DNA of 64,000 nucleotides from Callorhinchus milii (taxonomy: Eukaryota), in the NCBI RefSeq assembly GCF_018977255.1, contig NW_024704742.1:5396001-5460000 (forward strand), in the 5' to 3' direction. The stretch's first letter is position 1; each line of letters opens with the position of its first letter. Of the stretch, positions 1 to 12,360 are shown in pieces. Position numbers and translations under genes: made by a program. Under the pieces are notes generated by a model, which was not told the origin of the DNA, made no database searches, and worked only from the letters and a program-made list of their open reading frames with translations.

Positions 1-458
1 CCTTCTGTTGAATATTCAATTTAAATGTGACTATTTTTGAAAAACTACAAAATGAGTGGATTAAATTCACAACTGAATGCTAAAATCCACCCCGCCTTGA
101 AATATATTTTTCAACTCACTAATAAAAGCAATTTGCCTCATAATCACACTGTATGTTTAGGCTCTCCTGCAAGAGCAAAAATAACAAGCCATTATAAAAG
201 CATAACTGGCTGTAAGTAAAACAATATCAATGTACACTTAAAAGCCAAAGGAAAACCTAAGGGGAACACCTCCTACATAATACTCCACCTCCTCTTTTTG
301 CAATTCTTCAGTTGTTCTAAATTGGACTTTTTTCAGGGCACATTATAAAAGGATAGATTTTGGTAGGATATAGCCATCAACAGAGGCCAAACAGTGGCAG
401 TGTTCTGCAAAGAGCAGTAACAAACCTACTGTGTCTTCAAAAGATATCCCCAGCTTAC

Positions 459-587
459 CTATCTCTGCTAGGTTACCAAAGGCAACCAAACACATTTCTG
501 TCAGTGCTGTGTGCTGGGAATGTACACCCAATAGTTGCACCAAAGTGGGAATAACACCCATATTTATCAGCTGAGTCTGCAGGCCAT
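459..587 (-). CDS. RAP1GDS1: RAP1GDS1 exon 6 (129 nt); the gene continues left of the window
   Basis: ttttacag|...|gtaagc. Encodes DGLQTQLINMGVIPTLVQLLGVHSQHTALTEMCLVAFGNLAEI. Confidence 0.97.
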
Positions 588-1199
588 CTGTAAAACATTG
601 GGGAAATTAACAATTTAGAATATCTTAAAGGTCTAACGCATTCTTCAAGAACAAGATGCATCCCTTAAATGATACACAATCAGACAGTAAGAAAAGAAAC
701 AAGGCTGCAAACAGTATCGCCTGAAAGCAATGCATTGAAAGAAGAGACCACTGTTGAAGGAATGGTTAAAGATATGATGACTCTGAACATTAAAATCATG
801 GTGAATCTGATAAGTTCAAAGGTACTGTTACATGAGAAAACAGGGGTTATGTGCAGAAGTAAATATACGTATATAGCTGAAAGAGAGGACAGTCTGCATA
901 GTGGTAGTGCAAGGACATTTATTCAGCCTATGGGGATACCCATCAAACTTGCAAACATCAAATGTAAGTTTCCCTCATGTCTTCTAGGTTATCTTTTGGG
1001 ATGACTGACACCACTTCAAAGAATGTCATTTTTAAATATGCAGGCTACACAGGATCCAATGACTTTTGCCCCCCAAAAAGTGCAACATAACAGAATTTTC
1101 AAAACCTCTATGACCACTTCAAGCTCTGCAACAATTGGTGTATAGCAACTTCTGCAGTTTTCACTGATTGTTTCTTGGATTAAATAATCACTTATCTAT

Positions 1200-1556
1200 A
1201 ATAATAATCCTTGCATTTGATTATAGGACCTTATCACATCTTCGAGACATCTCAAAGCGCTTCAGAATATGCTGTAAAGTCTATTGACTGCATATTTTGT
1301 GGGCGAAACGCAGCAGCCAATTATACACAGTAGTGTCTCACAACAGTCGTGGATTGAGTGACCAAAATGTTTTTTTTTTAAAAAGGTATTATCATCCCCG
1401 GAAAAGCGATCCGCCAATCGACTAAAACCGGGTTCCTACTTACTGCTGGGGTGTGTGGAGTAAGGAAACATGTTCAACATTTCGCTCTGCCGGGAATCTA
1501 AACCCAGGTCTCTCGCTTGCGAGGTGAGCGCTCTAACCACTGAGCTACAGGACTTC
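1200..1556 (-). mobile_element. tRNA-derived SINE, full length
   Basis: tRNA-like head (TAGCTCAGTGG A box), shared body, L2-like tail ending (ATT)n. Matches the copy at 27139. Confidence 0.9.
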
Positions 1557-3329
1557 ACAATCTCGTCAGAATTCTGCTGATAGAAGATATATGTCCCAAG
1601 GATCTCAAAGCCAATCCTCCATTTTATTCAGACTCCAATGCTAAAGACTCCAGCGCCTTGGAACGTCCTCTCGACGTGAAAGGCGCTATACAAATGTAAT
1701 CTTGTTGTTGTAAAACACAGTCCACCAAAGCTCCCAAATTTTAGGTTTTTTTTTTGCTAATTGCTGCCTGTGCTAGTGGATGTTGAATTCCTGCAAGCAC
1801 TCACACTCATTTACCACTTGTGCTAAATATTCCTGCCAGGATTTAACAGCACTTAAACTGTGGCAGCTTCACTGAAATTTGTACATGTTAAGAAAATCGG
1901 AAACTAATTTCGATGCGGAAATAAAATAATTTCGAAAAATTGCAGGTTTCGTACATTTTTTATCATCTGTAAACCTATAACTATAATTAATATATTGTCT
2001 GACTGACATTTTTCACAGCTCTGCCTGATTTAGGTAATGCAGGTGCAATCAATTTTAAAGGACGTTTTGAAAATTGACCCCATGTTTACACATCATGGGC
2101 ATACCATTAAAAATCTTTCATTCCCATGCACATGTATACAATCTGGTATGTCTCACTTCGATTTTGGTACAGCATATGCTAGCTAGTAGCAGGATACCAT
2201 GCATCGGTGAAGAATGCAAAGGATCTAGAGAGTAAAGTCAAATCTCATACGATTCACCCTTTATGCTTGTGTGAATCCAATATGAATTTGTTGTTTGTCA
2301 ACAAAAACACAAGGTACAGTATTTTCATTCATTGGGTCCAGTTAATACACTATGGATGAAGGTGCTTTCAAATAATCTTAGTAGTTTGGTTTCTATAGTG
2401 GCATTGGAAAGTTAGTTTCTCTAATTCCAAGTCACAAATTTATTGAGTCGAAAAAAAAGGAAGTTCCTTTGAAAGCATCATGCTTGTTTTTAGTCAGTTA
2501 TCAGTTACTTTGGCTTGAACACTAAATATTGAGTGTCAAGAGTGTCCAGGGTCATGACCAAAAGAAGTCACAAAGCTCAACAAGGTAAAGTGGAAACCTG
2601 ACAATTCAACGGTTTCCATTTGGCTCAACTCATTCTTTCTTCACCTGTAACAAATATCCAAGTAAATTGTGCACATCTGGAATTAGATCTGTGCATCAAG
2701 ACTTCATAAAAGCACCACCTCGGGAGGGCAGTTCAAAAAATGATGGCTCACAGGCTAGAAAGATTCCAGCTGATTACTGAAGCTTTAAGGTTCTCATATT
2801 ATTCCTTTCAACGTTGAATTACTGAACGACTTAACTTAAAATCTATTTCCTTAAACACGAAAAGTCAGCTCCAATTTAATAACAGCCGGACTAAGTAGAA
2901 ATTCAAGATTGTGGCTTGCAGCACTTTCAGTCGACTACGGGTACTGCCATTGTTTAGAAATCGGGAGAGGGAAGTTAATGATGGTGCTCGATTAAAGAAT
3001 ATAAATGCACTTAGAAGCACCATAAATATGCAAATACTTGTACTGTATTTGACATGAGGTAGCTGAATAAGTCTCAAAGCTTCGCACGAGTTACTTCAAT
3101 TATGCGAATAAATGTTGCAGCGAATCAAATTTAGATGAGCAAAGAATAATGAGCAAAACACTTTGCCGTTCTTCAATCTAAATCTATTAACGTTTACCTG
3201 AACAGGCAGAAGGAACCTTGCTATAATGTTTTACCTAAAGGACAGCACTTACTAGTAGCCCTATCCTATAGTGGTGCGTAAAAAATAGATTACAACCTCA
3301 AGCATCGGTGGGATAACATAACATAATAG

Positions 3330-3652
3330 AATATAATACTTGCATTTGATATAGCACCTTTTCATGTTATTGAGATGGCTCAAGGCACCTATATGGTAAA
3401 GTGGATTGACTGAGTGTTGTGGGCGAAACATGACAGGCAATTGCGCCCAGCAGTGTCCCACAAAGTGACCACATTTTTTTTTGAGGGATTATTACACTCA
3501 GAAAGCGATCCGCTAATCAACTAACAACCGGGCTCCGACTTACAGAGGCAATTGGAGTAAGGAAACTTGCCTAAGGTTTCGCCCCACCCGGGAATTGAAC
3601 CCAGGTCCTCTTGCTTGCGAGGCGAGTGCACCAACCACTACACTACAGGTCT
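3330..3652 (-). mobile_element. tRNA-derived SINE, diverged copy
   Basis: Same head, body and tail as the other copies. Confidence 0.85.
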
Positions 3653-3789
3653 ACATGATGGCCAGAAAGAACAATTGAAAGTAATCCTATTCTTCAATGG
3701 AAAAGCTAGTTATCTTTGTAGATGACTAAAGTTTAGCATGCATTTAACTGTGGCTACTAACTTCAATTGGCAAAAAAAAACCTAGATTT

Positions 3790-4150
3790 CTTCTTGGTCA
3801 TCCACATATTTGACACATCAGGAAACCCATCATCATACTTAAGTGTTTCCAAACCAGACAGATCACATATATATGCAACCTACACTTAGAGATCTTCCCG
3901 TGTCTGGAATGCGCATCCTTCCCTTGGAGGGACGCATTACATAATTCTGAAAAGTATTTATTGCAAGAGCATTGGGGTACTCCTGGAAACCCCAATGACT
4001 GGTTTTCCCTTTCAAGTCTTGACAAAGAGGCAATCTGGCTGGCCTGTCATCAGCAGTGCCCTGGAATGCAGCAAACCTGACAGACTCAGCAACTGGATGA
4101 CCAAGACCATTACTCATTGACGTTCATCATGGGATTGACATTCATTTGGG
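3790..4150 (+). repeat. Old dispersed repeat, unnamed 'family X'
   Basis: Shares TGACACAT..AAACCCA..CTTAAG.GT.TCCAAACCAG with copies at 12.2, 14.8, 17.0 and 58.1-58.5 kb. Confidence 0.6.
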
Positions 4151-5417
4151 TAGCAGATCACCGTGGACCCAGTTCTGCTCTAAAGAAACTCCACTTACCT
4201 CCCCCTAAAGGGTAGCTGCTAAAACCTACATTCTACGTACCAACCGAGTCTAGTCATAGCAGTCCCAAATAATAAACTATTCATCTAAGACTGCTTAAAA
4301 AATACATCTTTAAATTCATAAGCCAATAAACAATGAAAAAAGGTCATAGTTTGAATGTACAGCTTCTATATGAACTTAATATGTACTTTTTCTGTACATG
4401 CGAGTACATTACATAATACAATGCAATACGTCTGCAGTTGTAAAATACCTAACTACGAGAATTAATTTTTTTGGAGGGGGGCAGGCAAAAATAAGAAACG
4501 AATGGCTTGAATTTCAAAACATAACAAAATGGCATTTAGGAAAAATTTAATGAAACACATCCTAGAGGGAAACACTTTATAGTGCCCTTCCAGATAGTGC
4601 TGCCTGTCTTATATTGTAAGTACACCAAAATCCGAAACACTGGCTACACCCCACTAATCCAAAACACTAACTACTTTCCAATGCTAAAGAAAAGCCTACT
4701 TCCAGGTGGGTACATCGCTACTGACATCATCACCTCCTGTGTGCCACACATGTGCAGGCACTTACATCAGTGGCATTCCTGCACAGAGCGAAAGTGCCCG
4801 GCAACATTAGCAATAGCTGGATGACCTGGAAGTTAATCAATTCTTTTGAGTCTCACTTATAATACGACTGCAGGGACACTGAACCCAACCAATAATGAGA
4901 TTTCCCTATACCAGTGAATGTATTGCAACAGTATCCACTGACCATATCAAGATGAAGCAAAGCAAGGTTAGCCAGAGAAAGATTAAGTGTCTTGGGACAA
5001 TGTGCAGAAAACCTCGCGACTGTTCAATAATTTGGTGGAATTTTAATTAGATCTAGCTAATCTAATCTTTGTTCTGTGTCCAAATCGAAGGATTATGATT
5101 AGGCATTTCCCTAAAATCCTTTAAGTTACTTAAATACATACTTCCATGGGAGACTATCTGCCAGTATTCCAAAGAGTGTTGATGACGGCTAGTCAAGGAT
5201 CTTATTTAGGGTGGTAAAAAGCAAAGAAGTTACAAAAAAGGAGCAGAAGGAAGGGAAAGAGGACAAGACGCAACATACTATAGATCATGCTAACGGCTTT
5301 ATACTGGAAAAAATTAAAATTTAAAAACTGATTATATTACACTAACTATGGATAAGGTTTGCTTAAGAGATTATGTACATATGCAAGCTACGAACATATT
5401 TTTTCTTTTCAGTTTAC

Positions 5418-5564
5418 CATTATCATTGCTATAGTTCAACAGGAAGCCACAAAAGACAGTCAAGAGCTTCTGATTGGCTGCGTCAATATTACTGCACACT
5501 GTCTGCAAGTGGTCAACTACTATCTGTGCACCACCAGATTGGTCAACTGCACTCCTGCCCTCAT
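5418..5564 (-). CDS. RAP1GDS1: RAP1GDS1 exon 5 (147 nt; cassette exon in mammals)
   Basis: ttttccag|...|gtaaac. Encodes HEGRSAVDQSGGAQIVVDHLQTVCSNIDAANQKLLTVFCGFLLNYSNDN. Confidence 0.96.
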
Positions 5565-6949
5565 CTGGAAAACAAAGAATTAAATTAAAAAAAACCTACA
5601 ACATAAAAGTAACTTCAAACAAGGCATACATTGAAAGAAAATTAAAATGCGTCTAAACACTACTTAGAAAAAAAATTGTAACAATAAAACTTCATACACC
5701 CATTGCCTCTGCTGGACGAGTACATGAATACATTTAAATGAAACACTAAACTTTGGAAACAATACTTGCCTTGATGGGTTTAGATCTTTTACATTTTGGC
5801 ATGAATATTACCTTTAAACATAACGAAGCAACTGGTATAACATATCTGTTACCAAAGGACAATAAATCTGTGGGAATTATAGCACTGAAATGGCTTATTA
5901 ATTATCATCGAGAAGTATGTTTTGAAACAATTGTGCTGTTGATTATGTGCTCTTTATTTTGAGGCCTTTTGGATTTAAGATTAAAATTAAGTTTCTTCCC
6001 ATATATTTACTTGATTTGATAATGCTTCTAGAGGAAGCGCTTGTAGGAACAAAGCAAGCTTTCTAGGTTAGGTGTCTTTGATAGGGCCCAGAACTAACTT
6101 GTGCAATTGGATACCATCACCGTTACAGATTAATGGAAAATCTTTATGTCAACCAGGTTGTCTTATGCTAACATTATAATATTCAAGAGGCAGCATTGCC
6201 ATTCTCAGTTTCACGTTTTAAACTTTGTTTCATTCCAGTTATTCCGAAGGAGACAAGACCATGATAATATTTAGTGAGGCCTCATCAGTCACTTAGAAGA
6301 CACACTATTTGCATTACTGACTTATTGATTTTTTTTTAGACAGTCTCTGAGTAACAAATTCAGGCAGAAGCTCCCACAAACCTATGAGCTGCTGTAATTA
6401 CCATTGCTGGTAGAAGCTTCAGCATTATTGAACCAAGAATAGTATTAATTAATTAATATCAAAACAAGATTAAATATCTCATATCAAAGTTCAATGATAC
6501 CCAAAAATCCTTTAAGTTAAAACTTAAATCAGGAATGGACAAGTATGATGAACATGACCTGGATTATGAGTGAGTTATTTTATAATCATGATTTAATTGC
6601 TTCCACAAATAGATGCATTTAGTTATGTATTTAGATTAGTCTGTGTTCAATGTGGGGTTTGGAGATGAATACTGTATTTAACATTGAATTTCCTCCTCCC
6701 AATCAGCCTCATATAAAAGACTACTGCGCCATACTGCTAAGAGGCTGTGCACATCCTAGAACTGAAAGTGTTTTGAGTTTCAGCGTTGCACTGATCAGAG
6801 CAGTTACTATTATAATTAACAATATATACTTTATCTTCACGTTAATACTTTTACATGTTAAAAAGAAACAAAGGCTATTGGGAGTATTTTCAGTACAACA
6901 CATTTCTGCTAAAAATAACTACCTGCAGTTTTGTACAGAGAACTGAGCT

Positions 6950-7322
6950 CTTCTCTCCCGCTGCTCTCCCTCCCCCCCCCCAGCTTCTCCAGTGATGAAC
7001 AGTACAGGTGTTCCCAGAGCAACTCCATGGATTTTAATGAAAGCCAATCATCAGTCAGCAGTGATATTTCCCTGCTCAGATAATGCCTGCACTGGTGGGG
7101 CAGGGATCACAGATGAACATCAGATCTTATCCAGCGTCTATGCATACGTACTTGGGGAGGGCTGCTGGATGGTGATTGGAGCAAAAACCTTGCACGAATT
7201 TCCCTCCCTTAACTAGAGAGTGTGGAGACCAATTGTGTTGCCGCCATCGTCATTCGGGCTGAGACTCCAAAATCAGGGGATCGAATCTAAAACTTTCTTG
7301 GTCTATTGGCTCAGCTACTCAC
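6950..7322 (-). mobile_element. LF-SINE-like element
   Basis: Minus strand CTGAGCCA..AGACCAAGAAAG..TTCGATCCC..TCTCAGCC..ACAATTGG..GGGAGGGAAA..GCTCC..ATCCAGC..CTGTGAT follows the recalled LF-SINE consensus. Confidence 0.75.
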
Positions 7323-8469
7323 TAAAAAATATTGCATAAGTTTTAGCTTTGAACCCTAGTAAATATTTTGGTATATTCTGTCCTCTACTAATGTTTCATG
7401 ACGACTATCTACAATAAATTCCAGGTCTCCTTCAGAAAACAATTGTACTTCACCAATCTTGTGAAAATTTATTACGACTGCTGATTAAATGGATGAGAGG
7501 AAATTTGGTTCAGCAAATATATTCCAAGTTCCTGGCTTGCCTGTAAATGGGAATTAGCTAAATATCTGAAAAGAAGAAATATAAAAGGGCATGGGGACGA
7601 TCTTAAGTTAAGAAGTTCAGAACCCGTCACTTCAAAAACATTGCTACATTCAACTTAAAAAAAACACAAAAACAGTTACTCCCAAGCTTATGCCATCTTA
7701 TTTTCTGGCATGACTGAGTATTTACACATACATTACATATGTAACAGTGCTCAACACACAGTTTAGTGTTAAACAAATGGGTATTAGTATTTTCCCACAC
7801 AATTACAGTAGGGAGTGTGCATCTCCATTATCTTGTACCTGGAAACACAGTGTGACATTTTAACATGAAACATTTTTGCTGTAACGAATTTGTTAAACCA
7901 GAGCATTTCACAAATATAAATATACAATTAATCAAGTAGAATCATAATTATCTACCAAAAAAACATCATTAGAAAGCAGAGAGTAGCACATTTTAAACAT
8001 TTCAGTCTCCACGGAGATATTCATAGGCATCCTGTTATGGTGTATAGAATTGGTTGGAATAAATAAATCTCATCACTTTAAGGTATATATAAACTCAGAT
8101 GCCTAAAACAGTAATAATACTTCTAGAAAAAAATTAAGATGTAATGGAAATATGCAAACATTGGGATGTGTAGAAACAAATTCAACTATGTGTCTAAGGA
8201 GAGTGGGAGAGTTTAACGTTCAATGCTGCTGAAGGTAACTGATGTTTTGGCGTTTTCATTTAGTGCAGCAGAATTCAAAATGCCAGGTTAGGGGGAGGAA
8301 GCTTTACATTTCCAATTACATAATTGTATCCTGGTTTGATTTATAAATTTTACCATAAAGTGGTTAACTGGTTTGTCCACTGATCAGTTTTATCAAAGCG
8401 AGATGGATTCTTCATAATAGTATGAATATTATTGTATATAACCTATGTATTTTACCTTTTTCTTTAAAA

Positions 8470-8830
8470 CACTGCACATGAACGGATTTTTCATAAGGGA
8501 TAGAGAAGGGGTGGCATTATTAGTGGCGAGTATTGGACTTCGCTACAGTTTTACAGCAAAAGGATATTTCAGGAAGTAAGGTTAAAACAGAGTTCCTGGG
8601 GCAGAACTAAGGATTAAAATAGGATCAGTTGTTGCAGTAGGGTTGCACTATAAAGCATCCAGTCGTGAAAAGGAGATAGAAGATAACATGTAGCATCTTT
8701 GAAAGGTGTGCTGCTGCAACAACAGAGAAATAATCATGGGGAACTTCATCCCATCACTGGAATAAGGAAGATAGAAAAGGCAAACTGGAGCTGTATGTTT
8801 ATAGTCAAGACTGCTTTCTAAACATGGATC
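8470..8830 (+). mobile_element. Decayed CR1-type LINE endonuclease fragment
   Basis: Remnant motifs KDREGVALLV and IIMGNF, with frameshifts. Confidence 0.55.
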
Positions 8831-9151
8831 TTGGAGCTGGAACACACATTCCGGATAAAATCCAAAATATAGCCATGTATTCTCTTGGTCTCCAGTTTTA
8901 TTTTGAGGGTAAAATTAATTCACACAATTTTACATATTGAAAACTACCCTAATATTTGCTGTCAAATTTAAGCAGTTTTAGCATTAAGCACTTTAAGACA
9001 TTCTTTACATAAATAGCATTATATAATTGTAAGTTTGATTATTATTCAATTTTTAGCTTCCTGATAGTAAACAGGATTTGTTTAGAACCCAGAACGTGGG
9101 TCACAGCACAGCACTGTTCCAGTACCACCATGCACTAAACTTTAGACTTAC

Positions 9152-9277
9152 GGCTATCATAGCAAATGTTCCCCAAGGCACGGCCAGTTTGTAGAAGAAC
9201 TTCTTGATCTCTGCTGTTCAACAGTTGAACCAAAGGTGGAATCAATGCTGCATCCACACAAGGACTTCGCATGAATT
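9152..9277 (-). CDS. RAP1GDS1: RAP1GDS1 exon 4 (126 nt)
   Basis: tttacag|...|gtaagt. Encodes EFMRSPCVDAALIPPLVQLLNSRDQEVLLQTGRALGNICYDS. Confidence 0.97.
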
Positions 9278-11440
9278 CTGTAAACATGATGGACAACACA
9301 TCAAGCCAACTCCTTCACAGTAGTGTAACGATTAATATGCATCTTCTCATATGCCTTATAGAATTTTTGAATACAAAGATCTAATGGATTTTATGACAAT
9401 TCTTCTTTGAAAACTGCATTTAAAAAATGTAAACATTACAATGTCTAAATTTACATTCTCAACTTGCTCCAAAAACAGTTTTGTTTTCATGTTTTTTAAC
9501 ACTGTGCAGCATAGTGAAAACCTAAATTCACTTTCAATACCGTCTTAATTTTACATATTAACTAACATAACAGATAATATTCATTTCAGATACTTTTTTT
9601 TCCCCGATATGCTCCAAAAGCCTATGAATAGAAATTATATCTTGTAGTGAATTAGATACAATAACCTAATCGCAGAAGCCAATTCATTTGGAAATGATTA
9701 TGGGGAAAACCTAAAGTAGTAAACATGCTGAGTACATCAAGAAAAAAAAGCAAGTACACCTGAAGTGAATTTTGTTTGTGTTAAGTTAATTTGAAGCGTA
9801 ATAAAAGTTAAGGATCCATAATGTACCGAGCTTCAACATCAGCAGAAATGTTCTCCGCTCCTAGTCCAGGCACAAGCCTTAGTATCTGCACACGGAGGTG
9901 AGATACAAAGAAATGAATCATGGGGAACAAAAGAAGCAAAAGTAGTGAAATAAGCATCAAGATCTTTTTCTATTTTTCTATTTATTCCAAAATTAGTCTC
10001 AGCATATTGTAATCTTGTGACATATCAAATAGAGAGAAAAGAAAGAAGTCTTGGAAATTAGAATGTGAAGATCCAGAGAGAAAGCAAAGAAATAAAAAGT
10101 GAAGCAAAATCTAAGTTAAACTGAATAAAATATCTCATTACAAAGTAAAAATAAAAGAATGGATAATTAATACAAAAAAATCAGCAAAGGATAGCAGCAA
10201 TGCAATTGTTCATGAAAGGCTTTCCTGGCTGTCATGAATTTCAGAAATTTAACTTTGAAGAAGGGTTTCATGGGAATAAATGTAATTTTATTTCACAATC
10301 CTAAACTTGGTATTCAAATGTTATAATCCTGGATTTAATATCAATTTCACAGTTTGAGCACATAATTGTCCTATGCCATAGATTGACAGTTTGCAAGTTC
10401 ACAACCACCCGGCAATTCCTATGCCTTTTAAATCTCTTTAAAGTCATTCTCATCTCTGTAGCAAAGAACAGAAAATTGAAGAGTAAGTAATTTCTGACAG
10501 CTCTGAAAGATACAGAAGTGAACTACGAAGGAAGACTAGAAGCAAAATCCTCATCACTCTATTATGTGGCTTGGGGATGGTATGCCGAAAAAGATGATAG
10601 AATTATGAAGCACCAAAAAACATCCATGATTGATGTGACCTAATTTTTAAAATGACTACACACATCACTAAAACATTGAGTACTACGGTGGTTAAACTGT
10701 ACTGATCACTCTAATAGTATTAACATGATGGCAATGAAACATCAATGTTTTACAATCCATTACTGAGGTTATCACTCTGAACATAAAAAGCTACAGATAG
10801 TGAGACGCAGCAGCCTTCATGCAAACTGAAACTGCAACACACTAAAATCCCAAGAAAGTTGCAATGTATCAGAGAGCTTCTTTGTAAACTGAAACTGGTT
10901 TTGATCAAATCAATTACTTTACATGCATAAATCAAATCAGAAGTCATCAATAATGTTGAGACTATATAGATATGTTGCTTTGGGGTTTCTTCAAACTGAA
11001 ATTGTATAAACTAAAATTTGTTAAACATGAATGAACATGAACTCAAAATACAAATCCAATATTCATGACCAATTTAAGTTGCGAGTACAATAATTCTTAT
11101 TATATGCGCTCAGTTAAGATAATTTGCATTGTAAACATTACAGGTTGAAATAGCCAAATCACAAACAAAAGCATATAATAATAACTGTCTATATGTCAAA
11201 ATAAATTGTTTTTTTTAAAAAAATGGTTTGATGGTGGTGTGATACAATGCAGCTTTAATGTTTTTGCTATACGAGATACTCAAGTTAGGCAACAAAATAT
11301 ATCCTGCACAGAAAATCCGAAGTTATAATTAAATGCCTGCTATACTAGAAATTAAAACGTAATGAAGTAAAAACATACTGACAGATGAGGTGCAAAACTG
11401 AAGATGTTCCAGCAGAGAAAGTTCCTGTGGAAAACCTCAC

Positions 11441-11563
11441 CATTTTTGGCTATTTCTGCTATGACGTTTGCTACTTTCGCTGCACATGAAGACTGTGGAG
11501 ACAGCAGACGAGGGAAAACTTGAAGGCATCCATTCTCTTGGAGCTTTGCACTGGTTTCTGCAT
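11441..11563 (-). CDS. RAP1GDS1: RAP1GDS1 exon 3 (123 nt)
   Basis: attgcag|...|gtgagg. Encodes NAETSAKLQENGCLQVFPRLLSPQSSCAAKVANVIAEIAKN (ARM repeat). Confidence 0.96.
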
Positions 11564-12189
11564 CTGCAATACGCACAGCAATGAAAAATGAAAACAGGTG
11601 CAATCAAACAGACCCACAGAAAAAAGGTCTTACCCATAGCAAATAACGATTAACAATTCATTTGCGAGTCATCGATTTTTCAAATATGTTCAAGGTTATG
11701 AGACACAGTAAAACAATGCATACAGGCATTCTGACTTTCTGCAGTAACTGACTTGCTTTCAAATATCACAAGACAAATCTCAGGGAATAGCTGCAGGTTG
11801 ACAAGGTGATTTGATGTTTGAATTTGTGAACTAATCTTTTAACTAACGGACCCTTGATTCAAAAAAATGAGTAAATGCATCTTGATCTATTAAAAAATAA
11901 ACTTCTACACGTGCAACAAATTGCGCTTGAAAGATTACTGCGAGATGATTTGAGAGCATTTCAAGAATACTCACAATTCCAGCATGCAAACTAGACTCAT
12001 TTGGAATTTTCTTTTTAAATCCTCAAACTATTCCTGTACTGAAAAAAGATTATCCCTTTAAGTTTTCTCCTTTAAGCTTCATCTTAATACCTTCTGGTCA
12101 TTCTTCAATCTGTTCTCACCATTTATAGTATCTTATATAAACTGTAGCCTAATGCTTTATATTAGGAATGATACAAACCCCATTTCTTT

Positions 12190-12360
12190 TTTGATCAACC
12201 TGGTGTCTGACACATGCAAAAACCCAACATGCTTAAAGAGTATCCAAGTCAAACCGAGGTCTATGCATGCCATCTACACATGGAAATTCCTGCATTTTGA
12301 AGTAGAACATACACCCTCTGCCTGGAAGGACATGCACTGCTTACCCAATTCCAGAAAGTG
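12190..12360 (+). repeat. Family X copy
   Basis: gtctgacacatgc..aaaccc..catgcttaaagagtatccaa..acacatggaaatt. Confidence 0.6.
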
